The notes beneath the pieces are model-generated. The model saw nothing but the letters and a program-made list of their open reading frames with translations. It did not search any database and was not told where the DNA came from. 64,000 nucleotides of DNA, taken from assembly GCA_963668365.1 (NCBI GenBank), contig OY764266.1, positions 1,646,037-1,710,036 on the forward strand, written 5' to 3'. Shown piece by piece: positions 47,236 to 56,880 of the stretch (positions are counted from its first letter, which is position 1; every line of letters begins with the position of its first letter). The position numbers were made by a program, and so were the translations under genes. The stretch comes from Pseudomonadales bacterium (lineage in GTDB: Bacteria > Pseudomonadota > Gammaproteobacteria > Pseudomonadales > Azotimanducaceae).

Positions 47236-49038
47236 ATGTTCGACCGAGCGGTCTCGTTTACCGAGGTTTTTCTTTTTGTCTGGAGCTACTGGCGGCAGCA
47301 ACCGGCGAAGTTCGCCCTGATCCTTGCCGGCGTGGTGGTGAGCATCCTGCTCGAAGTCCAGATTCCCGACCGGTCCGCGGAACTGGTGACCGCGGTGTTG
47401 CACATCGGGGAAGGTCCCTCTGCCCTTGCGCAGGCCTGGAGCGCGGCTTTCTGGCTGCTTGGAATCCTGGCCCTCGTATCCCTGGTGCAACAGGGATACT
47501 TTCGGGTGTGGATGTACTTCGCCGCCGGAGCCATGCAGGTGATAGTCATGGATGGTTTCCGCGCGTTGCAGCGGTTCAGTGCGGACTGGCATGCGAACGC
47601 GTTCGCGGGGGCCACGGTGCGCAAGGTCACGCGGGGCATGTGGGCCTACGACAACTTTGCCGACGTCGTGGTCGTGCAACTCGGCCCGACGTTGATCCTG
47701 CTCGTCGCGCTGTCGATCGGGATGTTTCTGCGCGAGCCCATGATGGGGCTTTACTTCGCGGTTTCCGTTGCGCTGTTCGTCGGCGTCAGCGTATGGATGT
47801 CCCTGTCGTGGGTGGCTCCAGCAAACCGGCTTTCCAACGATGCGGATACGAAGATGGGCGGAGCGCTGGCCGATTCGATTACCTGCAACTCTGTGGTCAA
47901 GGCATTCGGAGCGGAACATCGCGAAGACCGCCTGCTGCACGACGTGTCTTCGGATTGGCGGCGACGCGCCTGCGCGGCGTGGACGAGGAGCATGGATCCG
48001 GTCGCCGTGCAGTCGGTGCTCATCATCGCGATGCTCGGCGGGCTGTTGGCGATCGCGCTGGGCCGCGCGGCCGACGGCGCCACCGTGCTGGCCGACATGG
48101 TCTACGTCATCACGGCGTACTTCATCGTCAACGGGTATCTGCGCGAACTCGGCTGGGAAATCCGCAGCCTGCAGCGGGCGGTGAACGAGTTGGACGATCT
48201 TGTGAAGATCTCCAGGACGGCGCCGCAGGTATCGAACCGTCCGAACGCTCCCGATTTCCAGCCGGGTGCGGGCACGATTCGATTTCGAAACGTTGGTTTC
48301 ACGTACAGCAATCAGCCGAAGGCGATCTTCGACGACTTCTGTCTTGAAATCGCTGCCGGGGAGAAGGTCGCGCTGGTCGGCGAGTCCGGTTCCGGCAAGA
48401 CCACGTTTGTGAAACTGCTGCAGCGTCTCTACGACGTCGAGACGGGCTGCGTCCTCGTCGATGGCCAGGACATTGCGAGGGTCATGCAGGAAAGCCTGCG
48501 CCGGGGCATCGCCCTGGTGCCGCAGGAGCCTATCCTGTTTCACCGCTCGCTACGGGAGAACATCGCGTATGGGCGACCCGAGGCAACCTTCGACGAAGTG
48601 GTCGCGGCGTCGAAGAAGGCGCACGCGGACGATTTCATCGGCAGGCTTGCGGCAGGCTACGACACGCTGGTCGGGGAGCGAGGCGTCAAGCTCTCCGGCG
48701 GCGAGCGGCAGCGCGTGGCGATCGCGCGCGCGATCCTCGCCGATGCGCCTATCCTGATCCTCGACGAGGCCACCTCGAGCCTCGACTCGATCACGGAGTA
48801 CCTGATCCAGGATGCGATCGCCAACCTCCTGAAGGGTCGTACCGCCATCGTCGTGGCGCACCGCCTATCGACGGTGCGGAACGTGGACCGGATCCTCGTC
48901 TTCGACAGCGGCCGGATCGTGGAAGAGGGGAATCACGAGGAGCTGATGGCACGGCCCCGGGGCCACTACCGGCGCCTGTTCGACATGCAGTCGCTCGGTT
49001 TCATCGACGAGCTGGAGGCCAGGGCCGAGATCGCCTGA
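47236..49038 (+). CDS. ABC transporter ATP-binding protein/permease (MsbA-like exporter)
   Basis: Six-TM domain plus NBD with Walker A GESGSGKTT, signature LSGGERQR and Walker B ILILDEATS. GGAGAGG RBS. Confidence 0.85.
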   Translation: MFDRAVSFTEVFLFVWSYWRQQPAKFALILAGVVVSILLEVQIPDRSAELVTAVLHIGEGPSALAQAWSAAFWLLGILALVSLVQQGYFRVWMYFAAGAMQVIVMDGFRALQRFSADWHANAFAGATVRKVTRGMWAYDNFADVVVVQLGPTLILLVALSIGMFLREPMMGLYFAVSVALFVGVSVWMSLSWVAPANRLSNDADTKMGGALADSITCNSVVKAFGAEHREDRLLHDVSSDWRRRACAAWTRSMDPVAVQSVLIIAMLGGLLAIALGRAADGATVLADMVYVITAYFIVNGYLRELGWEIRSLQRAVNELDDLVKISRTAPQVSNRPNAPDFQPGAGTIRFRNVGFTYSNQPKAIFDDFCLEIAAGEKVALVGESGSGKTTFVKLLQRLYDVETGCVLVDGQDIARVMQESLRRGIALVPQEPILFHRSLRENIAYGRPEATFDEVVAASKKAHADDFIGRLAAGYDTLVGERGVKLSGGERQRVAIARAILADAPILILDEATSSLDSITEYLIQDAIANLLKGRTAIVVAHRLSTVRNVDRILVFDSGRIVEEGNHEELMARPRGHYRRLFDMQSLGFIDELEARAEIA

Positions 49039-49045
49039 ACGCTGG

Positions 49046-50767
49046 CTATCTCGGTCGGTTGCCGGAGCGGCCGGCGAAGAAAACGCCCCGGTATTCCTGC
49101 AGTGCTTCCTGGTGGTAGCCATAGACGACGTGGCTGCCGAGGCGGTTGATCCGCACGTCGTCGAGGTCCGCGTAGTAGCCGTTGGGGAAGGCGAATGCGG
49201 CCAGGATCTGCTCGCGGTCGAGCCAGCCGTCCGGCGTCGGCCCGGCATCGGCGTCGGCAATGCGTTCTGAAGCGGGTTTCCCGCGCAGGGTGCCGATGGT
49301 CCATCCCCATTCGCCGAAACTCGGCACGTTGGCGTGAAACTGCTCGGTGTCGAAGCCGACGTGCGAGACCGTCTTGCCGATCGAGAGGAAGGCCGCCTTG
49401 GCATGGAACGGTGATGTCGACTGCAGGGCGAGCACACCGTCGGGCGACAGCAACTGGCCGATCCGGGCATAGAAATAGTCGCTGTAGAGACGGTTCAGGT
49501 CCGGGTGGCCGGGGTCCGGCAGGTCGACCACCACGACGTCGAAGGTCTCGCCTTCGGCGGCAAGCCTTTCGACCTCGATGAACGCGTCGGCCTGGACGAC
49601 GACGACGCGGGGATCGGCGAACGCGCCCTCGTTGAGTCCGACCAGGGTTTGGCTCAGCCATGCGGGCGCGTTCGGGTCTTCGCCGGAGAACAGGCCGACG
49701 AGCTCGGCATCGATGTCGATCAGCGTGACCGAGTCCGGATTCCAACGGAGCAGGTCGCGAAGCGCCAGACCGTCGCCGCCGCCGAGGACCAATAGCCGTT
49801 CGCGCCGGTAAGTGGCCACCATCGCCGGGGACGTGAGGTAGGCGTGATAGATCCGCTCGTCGTTGGACGCGAACTGCAGGCGGCCGTTCAGGTACAGGCT
49901 GAGCACGTCCGGCTTGCCCCGGGCCACGTGCCGCTTGGTGATTACGGCGTTCTGATAGGGGGTCTGCAGCCGGTAGGCCACGCGGTCCTGGAACAGCGTG
50001 TCGCCGAGCCGCGTGGTCCACTGCGTGCCGAATACGGCCAGCACGACGAGCAGGCCGGCGAGCAGGCCGTGTCCGATCCAGAGCCGCGAGGAGGGTCGCA
50101 GCCGACGGCGGTAGATGGAAAGGAAGGCGATGCCGACCAGCGTGTTGACAGCGGCGGTGCCCACCGCCGCATAGATGATCGGAATCCGGAGACAGATCGC
50201 GACCCATATGGCGGCGCCGATGCCCGCCCCGATGTAGTCCGCGCCGTACATGGCGCCCAAGTTGTGTTCCAGGCGGCGCTGGTGGATGTGCTCGCGCACC
50301 CGCGCGATGAGCGGTATCTCCATGCCGATCAGGAACCCGATGATGAACCCGACCACGAACGGCAGTACGCGCGCCGACTGGAGCAGCATTGCGGCGAGCC
50401 CCCCGTCGACGACGATGGCGGCGTCGAGGTTGTAGACCGCGCGCAGCCATTCGGGCAGGGAGTAGGCAAGGGCCACCGCGCCGGACAGGAGCAGAATGGA
50501 CGTCCCGCCGAGGATGCCGATCCCCAGTTCCAGCCAGGCGAAACCCCTGTAGATCGAAGAGATCCATCTCGCGGCCAGCGCGCCGCACCCCATGGCGACG
50601 ATCATCAGGCCGATCATCGCGTACACCGTCGGCTCGACGGCGCCCAGAATGCGGCCGGCGTAGTGCGCGAGGAGGTACTCGTAGACCAGTCCGCAGGCGG
50701 CGACCAGTCCTATGGCGCCGATCAGTACCGTATCGTGGCGGCGAACGCGTGCGCTGTCGTTAACCAT
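49046..50767 (-). CDS. speE: polyamine aminopropyltransferase (spermidine synthase) fused to an N-terminal polytopic membrane domain
   Basis: About 200-aa multi-TM N-terminus, then a spermidine-synthase fold (LVLGGGDGLALRDLLRW...VDLPDPGHPDLNRLYS). Confidence 0.75.
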   Translation of the reverse strand: MVNDSARVRRHDTVLIGAIGLVAACGLVYEYLLAHYAGRILGAVEPTVYAMIGLMIVAMGCGALAARWISSIYRGFAWLELGIGILGGTSILLLSGAVALAYSLPEWLRAVYNLDAAIVVDGGLAAMLLQSARVLPFVVGFIIGFLIGMEIPLIARVREHIHQRRLEHNLGAMYGADYIGAGIGAAIWVAICLRIPIIYAAVGTAAVNTLVGIAFLSIYRRRLRPSSRLWIGHGLLAGLLVVLAVFGTQWTTRLGDTLFQDRVAYRLQTPYQNAVITKRHVARGKPDVLSLYLNGRLQFASNDERIYHAYLTSPAMVATYRRERLLVLGGGDGLALRDLLRWNPDSVTLIDIDAELVGLFSGEDPNAPAWLSQTLVGLNEGAFADPRVVVVQADAFIEVERLAAEGETFDVVVVDLPDPGHPDLNRLYSDYFYARIGQLLSPDGVLALQSTSPFHAKAAFLSIGKTVSHVGFDTEQFHANVPSFGEWGWTIGTLRGKPASERIADADAGPTPDGWLDREQILAAFAFPNGYYADLDDVRINRLGSHVVYGYHQEALQEYRGVFFAGRSGNRPR

Positions 50768-50861
50768 TCAACCCGGCCCCGACAAAACCTTGTCCTCGCA
50801 GTGCTCGCGACGAGAAACTGCCGGACAGCCGTGCTGAACCTCGCGTTGTATGTCTCAGGTT

Positions 50862-51758
50862 TCAGCCGATGACCGCATGCATCACCAGCCCGACGCCGAT
50901 GAACACCGCCGCTTCGATGGCGGCCACGCCTATGTTCGCCTGAACGTCGACTTCCTCGACGACATCGATGCCGTGCAGGATGGCGCGTTGCGCCAGCATC
51001 GACAGCAGCAGCAACACGCCGGCGAGAACGACCGCCAGGCCGAACAGAGCGGCGTACAGGACGATCATCGCGGCGTCAGGCGGCACCAGGTAGACGATCA
51101 TTCCACCCGCCGCGGACACCGCAAGGGCGGTGCCGATCAGGTGACCGGCATAGCGGACCCCGAGCGCCGTGTTGCCGCCGTCGATCGCGGCCTGCCACTT
51201 GGCGCCCTCGTTGCGTTTCGCGTAGATGAGCCCTCGCAGCCGCGTGACCCCGAGCAGGACGATCTGTGCCAGCAGGAACACGATGACCACCGTCGCCACG
51301 GCGGTGGCGAGATCACCCTCCGAATAGCCGATCGCGGCGTTCACGAGGACGCCGATGGCGATCAGGTTTGCGGCCTGGGCCGTACCGGCGGCGGCGTTGC
51401 CGCCGTTGATCGCGTCTTTCAGGGAGAACTCGTTGAAGACGACCCAGTCGTTGATGAGCATTCCGACCTTCAACAGCACCAGTCCGAGCACCGCGTAGAG
51501 CGCGACCACGCCAAGTTCCTCGGCGAAATCGATAGCGGGGTCGCCGGCGGTGGCGGCCGCCAGCACCAGCGCCACCGCGCCAGCGCCACCAGCGAGGGTC
51601 AGCCCGAAGGCGAGGTTGTCCTTTTCGGCGAGTTCGTTCCGCGAATCGACGCCGAACAGCAGTCCGGACACGTACCGCAGGGCGCATATCGCCGCGACGG
51701 CAACCACGAGGTCCAGCACGACGATGGCCCAGATCCAGATACTCACCGAGTCGAACAT
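50862..51758 (-). CDS. DUF350 repeat membrane protein (YjfL-like)
   Basis: Four tandem DUF350-type TM hairpin repeats (NxAxGxxxAgxLIAIGVLV-type). ATG 51758 with an AGAGAGG RBS. Confidence 0.6.
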   Translation of the reverse strand: MFDSVSIWIWAIVVLDLVVAVAAICALRYVSGLLFGVDSRNELAEKDNLAFGLTLAGGAGAVALVLAAATAGDPAIDFAEELGVVALYAVLGLVLLKVGMLINDWVVFNEFSLKDAINGGNAAAGTAQAANLIAIGVLVNAAIGYSEGDLATAVATVVIVFLLAQIVLLGVTRLRGLIYAKRNEGAKWQAAIDGGNTALGVRYAGHLIGTALAVSAAGGMIVYLVPPDAAMIVLYAALFGLAVVLAGVLLLLSMLAQRAILHGIDVVEEVDVQANIGVAAIEAAVFIGVGLVMHAVIG

Positions 51759-51771
51759 TTGCTTGACCTCT

Positions 51772-52728
51772 CTATTTGCCTCTGATGGGACCTCGCGAAC
51801 CGCCGCCGAATCCGCGCGTGGACGAAAAGCCGCCGCGTCCACTGGCGAATGCCTTCTGTTTGACGATTCGGGAGGAAGCGCCCTGGCGCTGCCTCACGTA
51901 GGGGCTGCGAAAGGTCCGGCCTTCCGATGCGAACTTGCGCCTCGCGCCGGACTCGACCTGGTTCTGTCGCCGCCTGTCCGACGGCGACGTGTAGGTGTCG
52001 CGTCCCCAGTCGTGGTAGTAGCTGTAGTCGCGCCGGCCGGACCAGGCGCCGTAGCCGATGCGGGGACCTCCGAGGAGGCTGCTGATCAGCGCGTACTGGC
52101 CGTACCAGACCCAGAACGAGGTGCCGCTCGAATCGGTGCGCCAGGAGCCGTAATGGGGATTGCCGACCAACTGACCGCCAGGGCCCTGGGAGTCCGCGGC
52201 GTTGGCGCGGCGCGAGGCGCTGGCGCTGATGGAATCGACCCGAGGCAGCATGCCGTCGGACAAGTCGGCGAGAGCATTGAGCGGGTCGCTGAGCGCGCGG
52301 CTGTATTCTTCCGGGTCGGCTGCCGCGCGTAGCGATGCGTACTCCGAGAGGATGGGTTCGTAAGCCTTCGCGGGCGCGTCGGGCGGCGGCAATGCGGAGC
52401 GGTTTTCCTGAAGCCGCTTGGTGAGCCCCTGGTACAGCCTGCCGTCGGTAGTTCCTTCGCGTCGCAAGACGTCGGCAATCGGTTCCAGTTCGGGCTTGGC
52501 GCGGGTGAGCCGGTCGGCGTACGACAGGATCAGGGCCGCGTTGGGGACGCGGTTTCGCGCGAGATCCTGGCGCAGCCGCGACAGCATCGAGACAACTTCA
52601 TCCTCCGCGCGTTCGGCCCGCTCGCGCGCCGCCGCCCCGCTGTCGCATCCCGCGAGAGAGAGAAGTGCCGCACAAAGCACGCCTGCGACCAGGGCATTGG
52701 GACGGAGCATTGCGGGGACGCGCGTCAC
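51772..52728 (-). CDS. hypothetical lipoprotein with Gly/Arg-rich C-terminus (possibly DUF1190/YjfM-like)
   Basis: Lipobox LSLAGC. 4-nt overlap with speH upstream and 14 nt from the DUF350 gene downstream. Confidence 0.45.
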   Translation of the reverse strand: MTRVPAMLRPNALVAGVLCAALLSLAGCDSGAAARERAERAEDEVVSMLSRLRQDLARNRVPNAALILSYADRLTRAKPELEPIADVLRREGTTDGRLYQGLTKRLQENRSALPPPDAPAKAYEPILSEYASLRAAADPEEYSRALSDPLNALADLSDGMLPRVDSISASASRRANAADSQGPGGQLVGNPHYGSWRTDSSGTSFWVWYGQYALISSLLGGPRIGYGAWSGRRDYSYYHDWGRDTYTSPSDRRRQNQVESGARRKFASEGRTFRSPYVRQRQGASSRIVKQKAFASGRGGFSSTRGFGGGSRGPIRGK

Positions 52729-53123
52729 TTGACCGCTGCCTCCTCTGTCTCATGGTGACTCGACGCCGTTTCCGGGGCCGGGCGATCCAGGGCGCGAATG
52801 CTCAGCCGGGCGTCCGGTACCGCGCACGCGATCTCCTCCGCCGCGCGGTCGGCATTGCAGGTGCCGCACATGAACACATCGAATGCGGCGTACGACCGCT
52901 CGGGCCAGGTGTGAACCGTGATGTGAGATTCGGCCAGCAGCGCAACGCCGGTGACGCCCCCATCGGTTCCGAACCCGTGCATATGGCACGACAGCACGTT
53001 CGCGCCTCCCGCCGTTGCGGCACGGCGCAGCAGGCGCTTGAGCGCCGGGACATCCAGACCGGCGTGGCCGCCGAAAGACTCGATCAGGACATGGCGACCG
53101 CCAGCGTTCTTGGACAACGACAT
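52725..53123 (-). CDS. speH: S-adenosylmethionine decarboxylase proenzyme (small archaeal/bacterial SpeH type)
   Basis: GGHVLIESFGGH...HITVHTWPE...AAFDVFMCG contains the ES self-cleavage site context. Start at ATG 53123. Confidence 0.7.
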   Translation of the reverse strand: MSLSKNAGGRHVLIESFGGHAGLDVPALKRLLRRAATAGGANVLSCHMHGFGTDGGVTGVALLAESHITVHTWPERSYAAFDVFMCGTCNADRAAEEIACAVPDARLSIRALDRPAPETASSHHETEEAAVK

Positions 53124-53241
53124 ATTATGACATCCTATGGGCAACGCACCTGTCGCGCAACAGCGCGGGGAACTCCCGGTCAGCCTCGGTCCGAACGGTA
53201 TTGTAGTCTTCTTGCCTCGTTGCAGTTGGGGCGCGTCGACC

Positions 53242-53520
53242 ATGGGTTCCACCAGAACCGTGCGAGGATCGGTATCGGGCCGCGTGCAGGGCGTGGCCTA
53301 TCGAATATCGCTGCTGCGAGAGGCCACCTCCCTGGGTCTATCCGGATGGGTGCGGAACAGTCCCGACGGGCGGGTCCTGTTTCTCGCGAGCGGAGCGCCG
53401 GGGTCCGTCGAAACGCTGCTGGATTGGGCGCGGCGCGGTCCGGCGCTCGCTCGGGTGGACGCGGTGGAGGTGGAAGATGTCGACGAGCGGCCGCCGGCCA
53501 CCTTTGAGATTCGGTACTAG
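53242..53520 (+). CDS. acyP: acylphosphatase
   Basis: VRGSVSGRVQGVAYR...GWVRNSPDGRV. 93 aa from ATG 53242. Confidence 0.8.
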   Translation: MGSTRTVRGSVSGRVQGVAYRISLLREATSLGLSGWVRNSPDGRVLFLASGAPGSVETLLDWARRGPALARVDAVEVEDVDERPPATFEIRY

Positions 53521-53643
53521 TGTCGTGTCACACGAGTTATGACGCTTCAGCGCGTCCCACGGGGTCTGTGGCAAGGCGCGTCCCCGCAGGGAATGGTCGG
53601 CTCCATTTCCAAGGGGCGCAACACCGCCACAGGCCGCAGTCTT

Positions 53644-53746
53644 CATGCGAGGGTGCCCCTCGCGCTCCCGGGGGGCGCCCTTCGGGAGATCGCCATGCGC
53701 GCCGGAGCCTTCAGCCGGGGTGCGCGAGGGGGAACCCCTCGCATGC
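53644..53746. repeat. cluster of GC-rich palindromic hairpins (two inverted copies of a ~22-nt element plus a central hairpin)
   Basis: CATGCGAGGGTGCCCCTCGCG (53644-53664) and GCGCGAGGGGGAACCCCTCGCATGC (53722-53746) are reverse complements of each other. CTCCCGGGGGGCGCCCTTCGGGAG lies between them. Confidence 0.6.
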
Positions 53747-54129
53747 AAACCGCGTTGTGGCCCTTGCGAATATGCCAGATATTCACTGCGGACCACGCCT
53801 TGCATTGACGCGCATGGCGAACTCTGAAGTACCAGAAACTTGCGGGACACGACACTAGTTTCGCCGTGCTTGCGGAATTCACGTGGAACCCGGCACCAAC
53901 CAGCTTCTCGCCGCGTACCTGTAGAAGGTGCGAGGCATTTCGTGCGTGTTGCCGTTCGAGCGGGAAGATGGTGACGCAATGGGAGTTCGGGTAGAGTACG
54001 ATTTGACGACCGATCCCGACTGTGGTTGCCACTTGAGAGGAACCGTCGGGTCGTTGCGGTGCGGTCACTGGGCGGAGCAGTGGCGCTGGCTGGTTGTTCG
54101 TCATGGCGGGCAGCCCAAGGGGGACAGAC

Positions 54130-55293
54130 ATGATAAAGAGGAAGATGTCGGCGGCGGCGGTCGTGCTGTGCGCCGGTCTCTGGCTGGGCGGCGCGGCTCA
54201 CGGAGACTATCTGGCCTATGCGGTGGGCGAGCAGTCGAAGCTGCCGCTGCCGGAGTCCATCGACCACATCGAGGCGAGGTACCTCGTCAACCTCGAGTGG
54301 GGCGACTACGGCGGCGGGCGCTCGCGGGTGGCGGTGCTGCCGGTGGACAACACGAGCTCCGCGTCGAGCTTCCAGGTCGTCGCGCGCGACGGCGAGAACG
54401 TCGCCTGGGAAACGGAACACGCCAGCATGGTGCCGGTGAACGGAATCGAGGCGATCGTCACCGACGTGATGAACCGCACCGGCCGCTTCCGGCTGGTGGA
54501 GCGCCAGGCGCTGGACTCGGTGCTGCGGGAACAGGATCTCGTCACCTCCGAGCGGGTCTCGAAGCCGTCGGGCGCGAAGACCGGGAACGTGCTCGGAGCG
54601 AAGTACCTGGTGCAGGTCGTCGTGACGGACTACGAAGCGAACGTGTCCGAAAGGAAGGGCGGCGGGCTCGGCGGCTTGGTTTCCAACCGCCTGCCGGCGG
54701 TGATCGGCGCCGTCGGCGTCAAGTCCGGGCAGGGGCGCGTGGGCATGAACTTCCGGCTGATCGACGCCGAGACCAGCGAGGTCGTGTACACGCGGCAGAT
54801 CGAGTCGGTCATCCGCGAGCGCGGACTGGCGTTGGGCGGTCTCGCGATTTCCGGCGGCGGCATTCTTGGCGGCTTTTTCGCGGGCTACTCGCGGACGCCC
54901 ATCGGGCAGGCGGTGATCGCGGGGACGAACAAGGGCATCTATGAACTGGTGAAGCAGATCGGTGCGGAACCGGCATCGGGCAGCGTGGTGCGGGCACAGG
55001 ACGGCCGCGTATGGGTCAACCTGGGGCGCGGCATGGTCGCGGTGGGCGACGAGCTGCGCATCGTTGCGCGAGGCGAGGACCTGATCGATCCCGACACCGG
55101 GTTGAGTCTCGGCAGCATGGATACGGAACTCGGCACCGCGCGGGTGGCGTCGGTGCAGGAGCAGTTTAGCATTGCCGAGACGGTTGCGATGAACGGGACG
55201 CCGAGTCGCGGGGACCGGGTGGTCTCGACCGCAGCGCCACCGGGCATCGAGTTCGCGCAGGAGTGGCAACAACCGAAGCGCGGCAAGTTCTGA
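54130..55293 (+). CDS. csgG: CsgG/HfaB family outer-membrane lipoprotein (curli-type secretion channel homolog)
   Basis: Signal/lipobox region (AAVVLCAGLWLGGAAHG), RVAVLPVDNTS, GRFRLVERQALDSVLREQDL and GAKYLVQVVVTDYE are CsgG hallmarks. AAGGGGGA RBS. Confidence 0.7.
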   Translation: MIKRKMSAAAVVLCAGLWLGGAAHGDYLAYAVGEQSKLPLPESIDHIEARYLVNLEWGDYGGGRSRVAVLPVDNTSSASSFQVVARDGENVAWETEHASMVPVNGIEAIVTDVMNRTGRFRLVERQALDSVLREQDLVTSERVSKPSGAKTGNVLGAKYLVQVVVTDYEANVSERKGGGLGGLVSNRLPAVIGAVGVKSGQGRVGMNFRLIDAETSEVVYTRQIESVIRERGLALGGLAISGGGILGGFFAGYSRTPIGQAVIAGTNKGIYELVKQIGAEPASGSVVRAQDGRVWVNLGRGMVAVGDELRIVARGEDLIDPDTGLSLGSMDTELGTARVASVQEQFSIAETVAMNGTPSRGDRVVSTAAPPGIEFAQEWQQPKRGKF

Positions 55294-55922
55294 CGGGAAG
55301 CCGGACGAACGGACCCGGATCTTCGTCGAGGGTTCGTTGCGGATGTCGGCCTCGCTCACGCCGTTGCGGCGAACGCCGCGCGGGCGGGATGCCCTCGTCG
55401 CGCTGGTGCATGTCGAGGGCTCGAAGACGGTTGCCGGCGCGACGGTGGCGAGGGGCAGGTGCCGGAGATGCCAGCGGCCTACCCGCGCACGGCGCGGTCA
55501 ACCGATCTCGAACGATAGGCGGGTGCGGATGTCGTCGAGGTCCGGCGCGCCGTCGAGTTCGGTGCGAGCGTAGACGGCGTACTCGTCGATAGCGGCACTG
55601 TGGTTCGCCTCCGGCAACGGCTGGCTCGACGGCGACGAACCGCAACAACGCCTGTTCGACGGGGAACTGGTCGTCGCCGCAGCTCGCCGACTTTCGGAAC
55701 CGGCGCGTGGATGAGGAACCGGCCGCGGTCGTACCGTATCCGCCGGAGTCTCCCAACGCGCCTAACGTCGTGGAACTTGACGCGGGGCAACTGCTCCACC
55801 GCATTCACGACCAGTGATTTGCTGGAAATGAGTTCAATCCGTGCAGAGGGGGGCCGACCCGTTTCGCTCCGATCAGGGACGGGGCAGGTCGCTGCATTCC
55901 TTCTCTCTACGCGGGATCCGCT

Positions 55923-56366
55923 GTGGACTCAGCGATCCACGAGACCGTCTTCCACGATGTTCCGCCAAGCGCGAAACGCAAGACCGTGCCGAAGAGCGCC
56001 ATCGACAGGTGCGGCCACAGCACGCTCCTCGTACGCCGCACCCTCCAGCTCGCAAGCCTGCGTGCGCCGGACCTCATGCGGCTGGGTGTCGGCCGCGAGA
56101 CCCTGATCGGCAGCCTGCCGACGCGATACGGCAGAACGGCGCTCTGGGCCAAGGCCATCCATGATCGGTCCGATGACGTGGACGATGTGGGCGGGATGGT
56201 CTGGATTTCGAACCTGTGCGACCCGGATGCTGCGCTGCTGCTCTTCGGCGACCGCGTAGTTCCGGCAGACCTCCTGGTTGCCGGGGTCCGGGCAGGATCT
56301 GAAGGGTCGTTCCTGGACGATGTGCGCAGGGCCGGCCGGCGCAGCGATATCTGGACCACGCTATAG
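55923..56366 (+). pseudogene. degenerate RES-domain toxin-like remnant
   Basis: C-terminus DVGGMVWISNLCDPDAALLLFGDRV and SLYAGSAVDSAIHETVFHD resemble the RES C-terminal and Glu regions. The Arg-containing segment (GAGRCIPSLY) lies upstream of the first possible start codon in this frame (GTG 55923, preceded by TGA at about 55813). No antitoxin partner detected. Confidence 0.3.
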
Positions 56367-56395
56367 CCGCGACAGGGGCTGCCGCCTGCGTGGCG

Positions 56396-56749
56396 TCAGG
56401 ATTCCGACGCGGGCTGGTACCTGGTCGTTCCGGGGCGGATGTTCAGGAATCGGACTCCCTGGTCCCCGACGGTGAACTTGTACTCGGAGTTCTTGCGGAT
56501 GAGCAGAATGCTCTGCGGGCCCATCACCTTGTCCCCCATGCGGAGTTCCCCTTCGACCACGTACATCACCTCATCCTCGGAGTGGCTGTGGAGCTCGGTC
56601 TCGAAGCCCGGTTCGAAATTCATAATGAACGCACAAATTCCATCTTTCGTGTTCTCTCCCACGATCTGCGCTCCTGTCGTGTGCCCTTTCTTTATCCTCT
56701 GGGCCAGCCAGGGCGCGTCTTCTACGCTCGTGATAGTGATTGTGCTCAT
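56396..56749 (-). CDS. cupin-domain protein
   Basis: 117 aa. HSHSEDEVMYVVEGEL...G..G is a cupin two-motif pattern. Confidence 0.7.
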   Translation of the reverse strand: MSTITITSVEDAPWLAQRIKKGHTTGAQIVGENTKDGICAFIMNFEPGFETELHSHSEDEVMYVVEGELRMGDKVMGPQSILLIRKNSEYKFTVGDQGVRFLNIRPGTTRYQPASES

Positions 56750-56880
56750 ATCTCACCTCCCGGTGGCCAGAATACCCGTTTCACAAGATCGTCGCACGAC
56801 GCGTCGCTGTCGGCCGGGCGCCGATTGGGCGATACTAACGGGAGAGGAACGGCACGGCCTGGAGCACGAGGAGGAACACC

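Noticed and set aside
53338-55359. Minus ORF 53338-55359 (673 aa)
   Set aside because: Antisense to acyP and csgG. The translation is low-complexity.
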